A stretch of DNA of 64,000 nt, taken from assembly GCA_965287045.1 (NCBI GenBank), contig OZ336878.1, positions 105,586,001 through 105,650,000 on the forward strand, given 5' to 3'. Under the pieces are notes generated by a model, which made no database searches, had not been told where the DNA came from, and saw only the letters and a program-made list of their open reading frames with translations. The position numbers and the translations under genes were made by a program. Source of the stretch: Carcharhinus amblyrhynchos. Taxonomy: Eukaryota. Shown in pieces: positions 26,353 through 39,625 of this stretch; within the stretch, counting starts at the first letter, position 1, and each line of letters starts with the position of its first letter.

Positions 26353-26376
26353 CTGTTAGTGAATCTGTATTATTTT
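26353..26376 (-). CDS. Microexon H1, 24 nt, (E)NNTDSLT
   Basis: tctgcctctttccacag|AAAATAATACAGATTCACTAACAG|gtgatg. Confidence 0.6.
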
Positions 26377-26662
26377 CTGTGGAAAGAGGCAGACATTAAA
26401 AAACAAGTCATATAAATCAACTCCAATATTCTGAAGATGGCAAGATAAAACATTAGCAACATAAAAATGAATGTTTCGGCTTCGTTGAACATAAAAAGTG
26501 CCAGTGCTTGATCGAACGTAAACTTGTCAATGCTATATCAAGAGTGATCCTCAGAGATAACGGGAAAAAGATCTAAAAAATGCCAAATCATCTCCCCAGA
26601 TTTCTTATATTTCCTCGTACTCATGCACTTTCCCGTAATTAATAAATAGGACATGATAAGCG

Positions 26663-26664
<2 letters not shown>

Positions 26665-26694
<30 letters not shown>
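26665..26694 (+). repeat. (GT)n microsatellite
   Basis: Directly visible. Confidence 0.95.
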
Positions 26695-26695
<1 letters not shown>

Positions 26696-28387
26696 CTTTA
26701 TCTTAGGACGTGTTAATTATCCGAAAAAAAACTGTTTTTCTTTTTCTCTAAGAGCTGGTAAAACGAAGTAACGAAGTCCCTTCAAACTACTAATATGAAA
26801 TGCCGAAATAATAAGTCACTTAGCTAAAAGTTGTTGTTTCAATGCTGATGCGCGTCGTAACACAACGTCTGCAAATTTCAACCACTCTGTCGCCGTTTCC
26901 TTATTGATTTCTGCATAGGAACACAGGCATAATGAAATCCATACCAAAATCTATTATTTTAAACATACCTTTCCGTTAGGAACATTGCATTCAATGTATA
27001 TCACATCAGTGGAACAGCATAGTCTGCCGCGTAAATGCATTTCCCTTCAGTAGCATCTGCATCATTTAAAAATCTGTCTAGAACTACACTTGCCCATGAA
27101 TTAAACATAGAATACTTCCGATGATGGGATGCTGAATTAAAAACAGCAAAGGGAGCTGAAATCGCAAGGGCCTGGCAGCATAATTGGAGAGGAGATACAC
27201 AATTTGCCCTTCCTGTCACAAAGAAGCCCACATATTTCGGAGATTATGAATCGACTCGACAGAACAACTCAACTCCCCTGACCAGCTGAAATTTTTTGAT
27301 CACCTCCATGTTTTATTGAAAATTTTGCATGTTGTTTACGTTACGCGCAAGATAACATTGTTTGCAATTATTAGAGTTACACGTGTGCTTATCATTGTCC
27401 TATAGAAGATCTTAGTTTCCTTTAACCCTAATTGTTTATGCTGATTCCAAATAATGATATCAAACAATATTATTCCCATCCGTCTGGCGAGTGACAGCCT
27501 GCTTGAAATTTTGGGATGACATTTAAGCATTCCGTTACTGCAGCATATATTACTGTGAATTAAACGAAAACATTTTTCACCTTCTCCGTTGTTTTGAAAC
27601 CTAAGCTGCTGAATTCCTTATACATGACTTAGCTACAAACTAACTTCACCGTTCCAATTTCTAATGGATCTCACCCCACCATCTATCCATTCGCTTCTTC
27701 TGTGAACTCTTGATATCGAGTGTGATTTTACATATAACATTATTCGTCTTCTTGGTTATATTCCGTGTGGGTAATTGAAAGCTAATTTGCCCAATTCGAG
27801 AGAAGCAGTTCCATCCTTACATGAGGGAAGCACTTCTAGAAAAGGTTTTTTTTTTATTCTAGATCGCTGGGTTTTTTTCTCAGGTGCCCTCTCAAGACCA
27901 GTTCTTGCCATTGGGTGTCCTCGAATAATCATGTCTCTTCTGCCAAGGGGTTCTTCCGTGCAGGATCGTTCTGAACAAGATTTTTTCGGTTGCTCACGTC
28001 TGAAAAAGCAGAAAACAAAGAGGGGTACAGCCCTAAAACTGGCCTTATTGCCCACCCAGCCCACACCGTCATGTCACACATTTCTAGAAAAAAAATACCC
28101 CCATGCATTCCATATTCCTCTATTCCTTGCATTGCCTTTTAAGTGGGAGGATGCCACGGGAAGTTTGCTATTTTATTTGCATCCACCGTCTTCTTTGTCA
28201 GCACGTTCCAGGAACTTATCATTCTCTGTGTAAAAATAAATCCTCTCACAACTTCTTTAACATTTCCCATGTTTACCTTAACACTGTATCCGCTTACGAT
28301 TGGCATTTCTATCCTGCGAGAACGACTCAGAATGTAGATAACGCTACCCTCCACTCCCAGTCTCCCCGCCAGAACACCATAATTTTA

Positions 28388-28700
28388 AGGGCGACCAGGT
28401 GGTACAGTGGTTAGTACTGCTGTCTCACAGCGCCAGGGATTCGGGTTCAATTCCGGCCTTGGACCACTGTCTGTGTGCAATTTGTATATACTCTCTGTGT
28501 TTATATGGTTTTCCTCTGAGTACTCTGGTTTCATCCCACACCGCAAAGATGTGAGGGTTAGGTAAATTTGCCGTCCTGAATTGCTCATTATTGTTAGGGA
28601 GAGTAGCATGGTCAGTTGATGGAGTTAAGAGGATAAAGCCTGGGTGGAAATGCGGTCAGTGTAGCGTCGATGTGCCAAATGGTCTCTCTGCATAATAGGC
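28388..28700 (+). mobile_element. tRNA-derived SINE
   Basis: gggcgaccaggtggtacagtggttagtactgctgtctcacagcgccagggattcgggttcaattcc (A and B boxes). Confidence 0.85.
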
Positions 28701-28714
28701 CTTTTATGTTTCCA

Positions 28715-29050
28715 TCACTTGTGTAAACATCTATCAGACAGGCTGTCAGCCTCCGATGTTCATGTGAAAATAAATCAAGTTTGATCAACATTTCCGCATA
28801 GCCAATAGCCTCCAAATCAGGCAACTTCCTCACAACCTTTTGCAACCTGTCATACTATTTGTCAAAATCTCCTTGGCCATGCATACTGTCCTAACTTGTT
28901 CCACCCGACAAATCGCAGAGATTTTATACGATCAAAATGTGCACCCCTTGAACGACTCTAATTTTCAACGAGTTGCAATGTCTGCACCTTCTGTTGCCTG
29001 GGATTTGGAATATGTCTGCCATCCTTTCTAAACGTATGCCCCTCTCTCTG
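28715..29050 (-). mobile_element. Degenerate CR1 fragment
   Basis: ORF 28612..28845 LPDLEAIGYAEMLIKLDLFSHEHRRL resembles CR1 ORF2 PELRGLSYEERLNKLGLYSLEFRR. Confidence 0.6.
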
Positions 29051-29335
29051 TGAAATATATTAGTCCTTTAAATCTTCCCTTAAAAGTTCCAATTTGATAC
29101 CTGTATCGGGCATCGACTGTACCAATCCATCACTGGCTCGTTAAATTGCATCATAAACTGGCTTGAGACTTTTTTTTTGTTTCTATGTGGCAACATGTGA
29201 ATAAAATAAATCACACCTAAGCGTTCACCTAAGAGCTGTTTATAACTTGCATATTTATTTCCTGACCAAAGCAATATTTATTTAAATGTGCATATTCATT
29301 CACTCTCTGATGTGTTAACTCACAACAGTACTCAC

Positions 29336-29362
29336 CGTTAGAATTCATCTTCTCAGTCAACT
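29336..29362 (-). CDS. Microexon B1, 27 nt, (E)LTEKMNSN
   Basis: ttatctggttag|AGTTGACTGAGAAGATGAATTCTAACG|gtgagt; homologous to B2 and B3. Confidence 0.8.
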
Positions 29363-29494
29363 CTAACCAGATAATAATACAAAACAGATAATATATATGA
29401 ATATTCATTTTTCATTTTAACCAGCATATAAACATTGAACAAATTTGAAATTTTGAAACTCCTAAATACTTTTTAGAAAGCTAAATAACTTTAC

Positions 29495-29521
29495 CTTTTT
29501 CTCTCACAGCCAACTTCTCTT
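29495..29521 (-). CDS. Microexon A1, 27 nt, (E)EKLAVREK
   Basis: ttcttactttcag|AAGAGAAGTTGGCTGTGAGAGAAAAAG|gtaaag; homologous to A2 and A3. Confidence 0.8.
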
Positions 29522-30495
29522 CTGAAAGTAAGAACCCAAGTCGTTTAGACGTTATGCACAACGTTCAGAACATTTATTAAATACTCTGGCTTTCAAATGA
29601 TCCTCGCTGCAAACGTAAAAGTACGGTGCGATTAAAAGCAAAATGAAGTCTTATCATTTGGTTCTGTTGCAGATTTTTTTTTACTTATTTTAACGGAATT
29701 GACAAATCGAAATGTGTCTAACGGAAAGGACTGGGCATATGTTCAGATAACTGCCAGGGAATTGGATATTAGAGTCGTTATCTATGATCAGAATTGGGAA
29801 GGCAACAGTCAGGGCTTCATCTTTAAGGACTAACTTTACACAATCACTTACACCAAAATATTATCACAGTTAATTTTTTACGATTCGTAGCTTGGATGCA
29901 TTGTTCCAGACAGATGTTAGAATAGATTTCTGCTCCCAACAACAGCCCCGTCCGAAATATACATTTGTTTTGGTTACCAACAACTCTTGCTTTGCGGCTT
30001 TCGAACTTTCATTTTTAAAAAAAGCTCTTTTTCAGCAGGAGCACTAAACGATAACTTAATTTCACACACAACTTCCGGAGAGAAGTGGCAGTTTCTCGCC
30101 CGTACACCAACGATCGATTGAAAAAGCGATGATAAATAAGACATAACGCATAAAGAAAGTAACAATTCCTTCGCGTGGACGCAGAGTCCGCAACGAAATG
30201 CAGGCAAATACTTTTCCTCAGCATTTCGTAAGCGACATAAAATGCCTCTTAAATCACTTTTCAAGTGGATTGGACTTTCACGATGGGGTAGACAGACGGC
30301 GTGAAATCTGTCTTTCATGTGAGGCAGAGGGTATCCCGTGAAATCAATGTAGGAGTAGCCAGTTATCAAACTTAGGTGCAGCAATTTTCTTTTTCTCTGT
30401 CTCTGAGGAACTGTTGTTAGCTAGATAGTATATCTCTTTACACCTGATTTCTGAAGAGAAACGCGCAACCCCCGTATCAGAACCAGTACAATTGA

Positions 30496-31281
30496 ATAGT
30501 AGGAAGGATTATTACTTACGTGGACAATAACTGCAGCAGGCGACGGTGCAGAGGGACCTCGGGGTCCTTGTGCATGAGTCGCAAAAACCCAGCTGGCAGG
30601 TGCAGCAGGTGGTCAGGAAGGCGAATGGGATGCTGGCCTTCATAGCGAGGGGGATTGAATATAAAAGTAGGGAGGTCATGCTGCGGCTATATAGGGCATT
30701 GGTGAGGCCGCAGCTGGAGTACTGTGGGCAGTTTTCGGCGCCGTACTTACGCAAGGATATTTTGGCCTTGGAGGTGGTGCAGAGGAGGTTTACTAGGCTG
30801 ATGCCGGAGTTGAGGGGGTTGAGCTATGAGGAGAGGCTGAATAAACTAGGCTTGTACTCGTTAGAGTTTAGAAGAATGAGGGGAGATCTCATTGAAACGT
30901 ATAAGATGATGAATGGGATGGATAGGATAGAGGTGGAGAGACTCTTCCCACTCAGAAAGGACAGTAGGACTAGGGGGCACAGCCTCAAGATAAAGGCGGG
31001 GCGGTTTAGAACGGAGTTGAGGAAGAACTTCTTCACTCAAAGGGTGGTGAATCTCTGGAATTCTCTGCCCTTTGAAGTGGTGGAGGCTGCCTCGCTAAAT
31101 ATTTTTAAGACGCGGGTTGATGGGTTTTTGATAAGCGAGGGGATTAAGGGTTATGGGGAGAGGGCGGGAATGTGGAACTGAGCCACGACAGATCAGCCAT
31201 GATCTTATTGAATGGCGGGGCAGGCTCGAAAGGCCAGATGGCCTACTTCTGCTCCTATTTCTTATGTTCTTATGTTCTTAT
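30496..31281 (+). mobile_element. Young 5'-truncated CR1 LINE
   Basis: ORF 30546..31181 nearly identical to 11204..12040; TTCTTATG tail. Confidence 0.95.
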
Positions 31282-32118
31282 AACAGTATTAAGAATTAAA
31301 CGGACATTGACGTAGTTTTCATTTCTCGGGCCTTTAGCCTGCAGCTTGATAGCTTCAGTTCCTAAAACATATGGTTATTGTGTAGTGATCCTTAAAATTG
31401 GTCTCGGACAACAGCAAACATTTTAGTGCCTCTTCCGACAGAATCGGTTCATGTTTCTGGGAGACGGCCAGCTTTTTTGCGGCACAGAACGACAACGATT
31501 TAACCATTTTGGAAGTTGTTTGTCCAACTTGTAGAACGCAACGCACTCCTACTTATTTTTTTTTAAGCATAGTTGAAGTTTACGCCCAAGGCAAATAAAA
31601 GACAAAACGAATTCCGGGTTTAAGTCCATAAAAGCTGTTGAGTTACAGGATGAACCGTCCATGGAAAGACTACTGTTGGATCATATTTATCGGTTTCCCT
31701 TTGATGATTAATGCTATTATTATTGTTCTGCGTTCTTGTTAGTGCACGCTAATAATAAGGGATAATTATGTCATTAGTGATAAGAGCAATGTTTCCGAAT
31801 GGTTGTTGTTCTGGCCGTCAAATAGATAATCCGATTCTGCACATCGTAGCCGGACAGACTAATTTCATGTGATTACAACGAATGTTACTGGCGACACATC
31901 TGGGTAGAAATTAAACATTTCAACAACATTGCAAATTCGCACTTCGAATCAAATAATTTCACTATTTTCACTTCATACACGCTAGCTTTGGAATGCCGGT
32001 TCATCATAAAATATTAAATGTCATTTCGTTTCATCAGTGCCGATACGTAACATGACTGATCAAAATAGTACTGGATGAATTTTATCCCATGGAATACGGA
32101 ACAATTATGCGCAGTCAC

Positions 32119-32154
32119 CTTTTTCTTTTAGCAACGTTGTTAGTATCTTTATTT
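32119..32154 (-). CDS. Microexon C1, 36 nt, (E)IKILTTLLKEK
   Basis: tttttttttcag|AAATAAAGATACTAACAACGTTGCTAAAAGAAAAAG|gtgact. Confidence 0.8.
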
Positions 32155-33019
32155 CTGAAAAAAAAATCACATCCAGCGATTGCCACTTTGGAATTTGAAA
32201 CACATGGGTTATTGGTTTGTTGTTAAGGAATTGCAGATGTTCTATCTATAAATATCGTTAAAATCGTGATGCTGAATTTGGTCACACAATATTTGAAATG
32301 TCAGGCATTAAATGGGTTATTACCGTTAGGGACTGTCGGGAATTTTCATGAAAGTTTCGCTGATGCTTTGGAGGGTAAGCATTGATAGAGAGTGATATCC
32401 GGATAGTTACGAAAAATGGGGGTGGGGCGGGGCGGAGATGGGGTTGGGGGCACGTAGCTAGCGCAGAATTCGGTTAGACAATGGCAACTGAAAAATGTAA
32501 CTGACTGAACTGCGATTGTGGGCAGATTCATGAACCATGAGATGTTGGTTACTCGAGATAAATTGGAAAGGCTAAATCTACTTTAAATTTCGGAGTAGCT
32601 CCGTAATGGAGAAGGGATAGCTCACTGAGCCACCGTCCGGATTATTCAAAACAGTATACTCGAGCAGGCGATTTGTCCCATGGCTCCAGATTAACCTGCC
32701 TGACAGAAACAGCCTCATTCTAAGCACAGGACTCGCCACCGGAACTCCAACTCCTAATTTGACCAGGCGACTGCAACCCATCCGCCGCAGGTGTTATTAC
32801 TTCATTATCCCCGTAAGCACACGGAGACGAAAATCTTCCATCGTATGAAAGCAACTAAATTTGTTCTATTATTTTTACGTATATTGGATTGCAATTAATC
32901 TTGTTTTTTTCTTGTGAATTAGACAGAAAATGCACGCCGTCCAAAAAGTGCACGAAGGAGAAGGAAAGAAACGGCTGACGAATATACTGGTATATTTATA
33001 GCGAGGGTACAAACAAATA

Positions 33020-34150
33020 TCACCTCAATAAAAGGAAGATCCAAACAAAAGTCTGATGGCAGCATGGATGAAGAGGTTCTGCAGCTGGTTGGTAGGTGAT
33101 ATCAGACTTGTGAATATATTTTCTCCAACGGAAGACGATGCAATTCAGCATGTCCGTGGAGTTCTGGATTGTTCCGGCTGCTTTTCTGAGGCAACGGAAA
33201 GTGTGCAAGGAACCAATAAGTGCGATGACGGGTTTCGTTCAATACTGCTCCAAAGCATGTTGTAATAAATAGTGTAAGAATGTCTTCTGTTGATGGTCTG
33301 TAAATGTTGGTTATAGTCAAAACTGACGTGCAATATTCCCTTACACTCCTAATAAAATAAGGGAGTTGCTGTGCTTTCTTAAGGAAAGTGTCAGTGTGCA
33401 GGGGCCAAGACAGACTGATGGTGATCTGGAAACATAAAAAAAAACGCTTGAAACTCTCCACCATTTGTACTTCATTCCCTTTGGTTGAGATAAGTATCTG
33501 TCTTCCACTGTGCTTCCTGTAAACTTCTCCTTCGTTTTACTAATATTCAGGGAGAGATTATTGATTTCGCAAATAGTCGATCTCCATCTTTTACTCCGTC
33601 TCATCATTGTTGAGATTCGATCCACTCCGGTAGCGTCATTAGTTAACTTAAAGTGGGGCTGAAATGGAGTTTGGCCACAAGGTGCATAAGTAGTGCGGTA
33701 ATGAGGCTAGGCAAACAAGTAATGCCCTGCCGCGCACCAGTGTTGAAGACAATTGTGGGCCAGTTGCCTTTGCCTATTCTTACTTAAAGTGCCTTGCGGG
33801 TCACACGTTCTAGGATCCAGTCACAGAGGATGAAGCAGAGCCCGTGGCCACGCACTTTGGACGTGAGTTTGAGGAAATAATGGTTTTCAACGCTAAACAG
33901 TCGTCTATAAAGGGGTCTGAAGTAATTGTCCTTGTTATTCTGGTGCCCCAAGGACCAGTGTAGCTTCACGTATGTGGTGCTGCTGTGCGCCTGTTAACGG
34001 CGATAGGTGCATGTAATTGATTCAGACAATCAGGGATGCCGGAGGTGATCCGTACCACAAATAATTATTCGAAGCATTTCGCAGCAATGGATGTCAGAAC
34101 CACTGGGCGACAGTCGTTAAGGCACGTTCCCTGACTTTTCTTTGACACAA
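33020..34150 (-). mobile_element. Degenerate Rex1/Babar-like LINE fragment
   Basis: KKAQQLPYFIRSVR..TNIYRPSTEDILT resembles the KKAQQRLYFLRRL..NFYRCTIESILT RT C-terminal motif; NNLSLNISKTKE; LCDWIL. Confidence 0.75.
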
Positions 34151-35443
34151 GGTCCAATGATTTCGACGATAGAAACCTCATTACAGGCCAATCCCCCACT
34201 ATCGCCCAGAACAGTGGCTAACCATAACCTGTTAGAACTAAATTCGAACATCCCACATATTCTCACGTGCTCATGAGACGCCTCAGGATAATCTCACTTC
34301 TTTGCAAATACCATTCCCACCTCCATACTGCACTTCCACAATGGAAAATGCTACCTTCAATCAGAGATATTCCAAAACAATAATTAACATCCAAACATCT
34401 GACACCCTGCACATCAATTCACCAAAGCAGTCGGTTTGTTCTACTCCGCACACTCTGACTACCCGCCCAATTCCGCTTAATATGTAAGAACACAATTTGC
34501 TCTGTGCCGTAGAAATTAATGGCGCTAACATCCGCAATCCCGATCACAACCACGCAAACACTTATAACAACTTTGGACGGCCTTGTACTCCGGATGAAGG
34601 AGTGTGAACCAGACGATACTGCTGACCGACGAATTATCTATCAGCCGCCCTGACGATTCTCTACCTTACATTTGCCCCATTTTACAGGCCATCGTGCACA
34701 AGAACACACCTTCGAATCTGATTGACTATTCAATCGATCATGCCTTCCAGTTTCCCGACCCATGTTATTCTATCTAACTTTCGCATCTCCGAAACATTCC
34801 ACTTTTCCTGTCCAACAGTAAACACGCCGTCGTAGTTCCATCCATGAGAGGGACTTTTCCACATTGTTGGTTCTGTGTGGCTTGTCAGAATGTGCTTGCA
34901 CGTAGGGACATCAAACGTAGAAAAAATGACAGCAATATTTGGAATTAACACGTGTGATTAAATCATAGTTTCTGGATTGCAATCTTGTTTTTGTTTCGCA
35001 ACAAAATAATCAAAACTCTGACTGTTGTTAGAGATATCTGCTCAGTCACGATATACATGACTGTTTCACCACGCAGATCACGAAAATTAAATCCAGTGTT
35101 GAAATTAATGCAATTATTTCCAAGTGCAATTTTGCCTTGGTTAAATTGAAATTAAACATCAACATAACGATCCATTCTGAATGACCAAGTTATCGGTGAT
35201 AAATTTCATTTTTATTGAAGTTAATGACAGCATATTGAGTGTTGTTATACAGAGTAATAGATTCCACAAGAATGGTAATCGTGATTTTTCACAATGTTTC
35301 CAAATATACAGGTTTCCCTGAACTATGGTAAGAAATTAAATGAATAAGAGGACCAGTGCGGATGGAAAGAAAGAATGGACGGAATAGAAAAGATAGAGAG
35401 CAACATATTTTCTTTTTTCTCCCCAGTTACACGTTCTTCTTAC

Positions 35444-35464
35444 CATTTTCTTTCCTTTCGGCAC
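35444..35464 (-). CDS. Microexon D1, 21 nt, (G)AERKEN
   Basis: tttcatttctgatgcag|GTGCCGAAAGGAAAGAAAATG|gtaaga; homologous to 63224..63244. Confidence 0.75.
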
Positions 35465-35670
35465 CTGCATCAGAAATGAAATGATGCAATTGCGAATATT
35501 ATGAAGATGCACTCATTGAACGACAGTGTTTACATCGTCTATTCGATTTATAATATCAACTGTTAATCCCGTCATCAATTCAATTCATTGGCGAATGGAA
35601 TTGAATCCGGCCATTGGATCTGATCGACACCAATCCCAATCTTGTCATATGGACGTAACTAAACATTTAC

Positions 35671-35738
35671 CTGCAAAACACCGTAGCAGTACAGAGGCAC
35701 AGTAGCATGCCAATCAGTCGAAACCACAAATGATTAGA
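35671..35738 (-). other. Candidate exon E1, 68 nt, frame unresolved (phase-0 reading SNHLWFRLIGMLLCLCTATVFC is hydrophobic)
   Basis: tttctttcacag acceptor and CAG|gtaaat donor; 3' end similar to 63686..63737; not frame-compatible with phase-1 D. Confidence 0.4.
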
Positions 35739-37214
35739 CTGTGAAAGAAACCGAAGGAAACTTAAAGTGGGAAAAATTATACATGAACTATAACCCAAGA
35801 TCAGCTTTAAAGTTGGGTCTCTTGCGCTGTGATGCAGCAATGCTAACCACGACGCCACTTTGCTATACACAAACCCGCAACGTACACAAACTTTCTGGTT
35901 TGCTCTTTGCTGCAGAGAGTAAGTTGACTGGCACGCTAACTTAATGAACCCACCAACGCCCCCCCCCCCGCCCCATAAGAAGTTGCGTGAACGTTTTAAG
36001 GACGTTACTTAATTCTGCAATTCGTCTTCGAGCCCATGCATCGAATCGCCGCCACGAGATTATCCTGCACTGATGATATCATTATCTAATTGGACCGCGG
36101 TTCATCATCATATAAAACTTATTTCCCTTCCTCTTTTCAGCTAAAAGTACACCTGTATCTATGGGCAACAGAGACAGACGAAGACCGTATTTTTTTCAAC
36201 AGATAGGTCCAGCTCCTTGCCACCTCGTGTACCGCGGTCGAAAACCTGCCGTTGAAGGAGATTACTCGATGCGCATAAGTACAGAAAACACAATAATGAG
36301 CCGGATACTCCTCATGTCTGCCGTAGTTTACTGGAATAAATTACCAGTTGGTAATTATGGTTGAATTGGTCACCTGCTTTTGTCCCTGCAGTGTTATTCG
36401 AATTAGTCCATCCTGCTCCGAGACCGTTCAGAATTTCAGCACAAAACATCAGCCTCGCCAAGTAAGATGAAAACAAATCAATTTCGAAGAACTGGACCTG
36501 CAAACATGCATCAGAAAAGCGTTTTGATGACATTGTTGTATGATATCATGCTGCAATTGTAACGTTCACCATGAAGCAAATTTGTTGGTATGCATTTGTA
36601 ATATTTCGATGGAATAATCCCTTAGTTTTCCAGAAAGTTGACATATGTATATATAACGTAAGTGTGTTGAAGTCAGAGTTCAAATTTCAAATAACCGTTT
36701 AGGGATCTTAATGAATGATTTAACATGTGTATTAATAATTGAACGGGTCAAACGAAAAAAAAAACTTGCATAGTGAACAATTAAGCATTACCGAAGAATT
36801 CCCCCAAAACGTCTTAGGCAACATTTCCTTTTTTTTACTTAACCCGCAGACAACCCAATAATCTTAGCAAGAGGCCCTGTTGCTTTTGGGAAAACATATC
36901 ACAGAGTCTCACTGTCTCTATCACTCTTTTTCTTGCCTGTTATATTCAAACTCAACAAATCCCAGCCTTGTGAAGTGAAACGTCACTTTCCTGCAGTGGC
37001 AGAAGCCTGCTTACATCATCTTCTCCCATTCTTTTACTGCAGGGAACATGATTCAGGATATCACTGAGCCAAACCTGGAATAGTTTCCAAAGCCGCTCTA
37101 CGTATATTGTTCCCTTGTCCAAATCACTTGAACGTGATATTACACTTAAAATTCGCCATGAAATAAACTTATGCAATATCCTTTTCCCTGCACAGAAACA
37201 GAGGCCGATCTCAA

Positions 37215-38598
37215 GACCAATGTAATCACCGTCTTAGAGTGGTTTGGGAGCATAGTCATAACCCCATGAAAAGAATGGCCTGAGTGAGCAGACACAGCAC
37301 GGATTCGTTAAGGGGAGGTCGTGTTTGACGTATTTATTTGATTTCTATGAGGATGTGACTAGTGCGGTAGACAGAGGGGAACCGGTGGATGTGGTGTTTT
37401 TAGATTTCCAAAAAGCGTTTGATGAGGTGCCTCACAAAATGTTGCTACAGAAAGGTAGGGTGCACGGAGTTGGGGGTAAGGTGTTAACATGGATAGAGGA
37501 TTAACTGTCTAATAGGAAGGAAAGAGTTGTTATCAATGGGTGCTATTCTGGTTGGCAGCTGGTGACCAGTGGAGTGCCGCAGAAATCGGTGCTGGGGCCT
37601 CAACTATTTACCATTTATATAGATCATCTGGAGGAGGGGGCTGAGTGTAGGGTGACAAAGTTTGCTGATGACACGAAGATAAGTGGAAAAGCAAATTGCG
37701 TGGAGGGTGTGGAAAGTCTGCAGAGAGATCTGGATAGGCTGAGTGAGTGGGCGAGGACCTGGCATATGGAGTAAAATGTTAGCAAGTGTGAGGTTATCCA
37801 CTTTGGCAGAAATAATAGTAGGAGGGATTATTATTTAAAAGGCGAAAAGCTGCAACATGCTACGGTGCAGGGGTCCTTGTGCATGAGTCGCAAAAACCGA
37901 GTCTGCAGGTTCAGCAAGCGATCAAGAAGGCGAATGGAATATTGGCCTTTATAGCGAGGGGGAAAGAATATAAAAGTAGGGAGGTCTTGCTGCAACTGTA
38001 CAGGGTACTGGTGAGGCCGCAGCTGGAGTACTGTGTGCAGTTTTGGTCGCCGCACTTGCAGAAGGATATATTGGCCTTGGAGAGAGTGCAGAGGAGGTTA
38101 ACTAGGCTGATACCGGAGATAAAGATGTTGGCCGATGAAGAGAAACTAATTAGACTGGGTCTGTACTCATTGGAGTTTAGAAGGCTGAGGGGGGATCTTA
38201 TAGAGACGTATAAGATAATGAAGGAGATGGATAGGGTAGAGGTAGAGAGATTCTTCCCTCTTAGAAAGGACAGCAGAACTAGAGGACACAGCCTTAAGGT
38301 AAGGGGGGGGGGGGAAGGCTGCAGTTTAGATCAGAGTTGTGGAGGAACTTCTTCACTCAAAGGGTGGTGAATCTCTGGAATTCTCTGCATGTTGAAGTGG
38401 TGGAGGCTACCTTGCTAAATATATTTAAGTCAGGGGTAGATAAGTTTCTGATAGACACGGGAATTAAGGGTTATGGGGATAAAGCGGGAAAATGGAACTG
38501 ATCCACTTCAGATCAGCCATAATCTTATTGAATGGTGGGGCAGGTTCGAAGGGCTAGATGGCCTACTCCTGCTCTAGTTTCTTATGTTCTTATGTTCT
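37215..38598 (+). mobile_element. 5'-truncated CR1 LINE, frameshifted
   Basis: TSGVPQKSVLGPQLFTIYI..KFADDTK; ORF 37879..38370; TTCTTATG tail. Confidence 0.95.
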
Positions 38599-39584
38599 AA
38601 ACGTCTTTATCGTAAAGGTTCTCGACTATCCTGCCACCTTCACATAGCAAGTAACCCTGAATATCAAATTCCAACCAACGGCTATGGGCAAGTCGGAACA
38701 CGATCAATAACCTTGGCGTCTGTTGGTATCAGCAGCAGACAAAGACGGAAATTTTTAATGCTGACTTCAGTGAGCCGGCTCACCCGCCCATCCCCCGAAT
38801 AAGAGAGGCGAAATGCAGCTCTTTGTTCACCTGGCAGTATTGATGCCACCAAAAGTTATGGCTCAGTAATGTGCAAGTGTTACCACAGCATTCTAAATCT
38901 TTGAGACGTTCAAGCATCACAACCTGCGTTGTCCAATCACAGAAAATATATCTGACGACCAGCAAACTTGTTTAGAGTATTATACCGCAACTCGAAGCAC
39001 TGACCATACGTAAACAGCTCCTCAGTGGGCCACGTCTTCCCTGTGTATGACTGGAGGTTTCTGAAGGAAATACGCTACTCAGAGCGTATGCACGGTTAGG
39101 GAGGGCCAGCAGAGCAGGTGAAAAGCTTCACTGACACACTCATCGATCTGAAGAAATTGCAACAATCTATTAAAAACTACTAAATCTTGGGCAAAGTCTG
39201 AGCCGGAGTGTGGGAAAATAAAGTGGAAGCAGCACAGCATCTTCGGTTTAGTCGATGACACAAAGTTAAAGCAAAGTGCGAACACTCCAGTGATCGCGTG
39301 GTAAGTCAGAGAATGATTCTGTTTAGTTCTCCAAATACCACCTGCTCCAGTGTCAGTGATTGAATTCGAGCGTTATACTTCTCAGTAACCTGGAACTGTT
39401 TTTGTTTAGTGTGGAAGCACATCACCGTAGATCCAAATATCTGCCTAAGAGAAAGAAAACAATTCACTTTTCAATTAAATAAATGTTGTAACTATGCGAT
39501 ATTCTAAATCGCCTTTGTAAAATTTTAAACGCGTTTTACCTCCCTTTCAAATTCAGCACCCAGTAATTCATATATGTATATAGA

Positions 39585-39625
39585 CGTGTGCGTGTGTGTG
39601 TTTGTGTGTGTGTGTGTGTTTGTGT
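39585..39625 (+). repeat. Imperfect (GT)n microsatellite
   Basis: Directly visible. Confidence 0.9.

Noticed and set aside
36120-36145. Plus-strand acceptor-like tracts at 36140 and 63920
   Set aside because: Explained as homologous sequence in the duplicated block; no coherent plus-strand exon chain.
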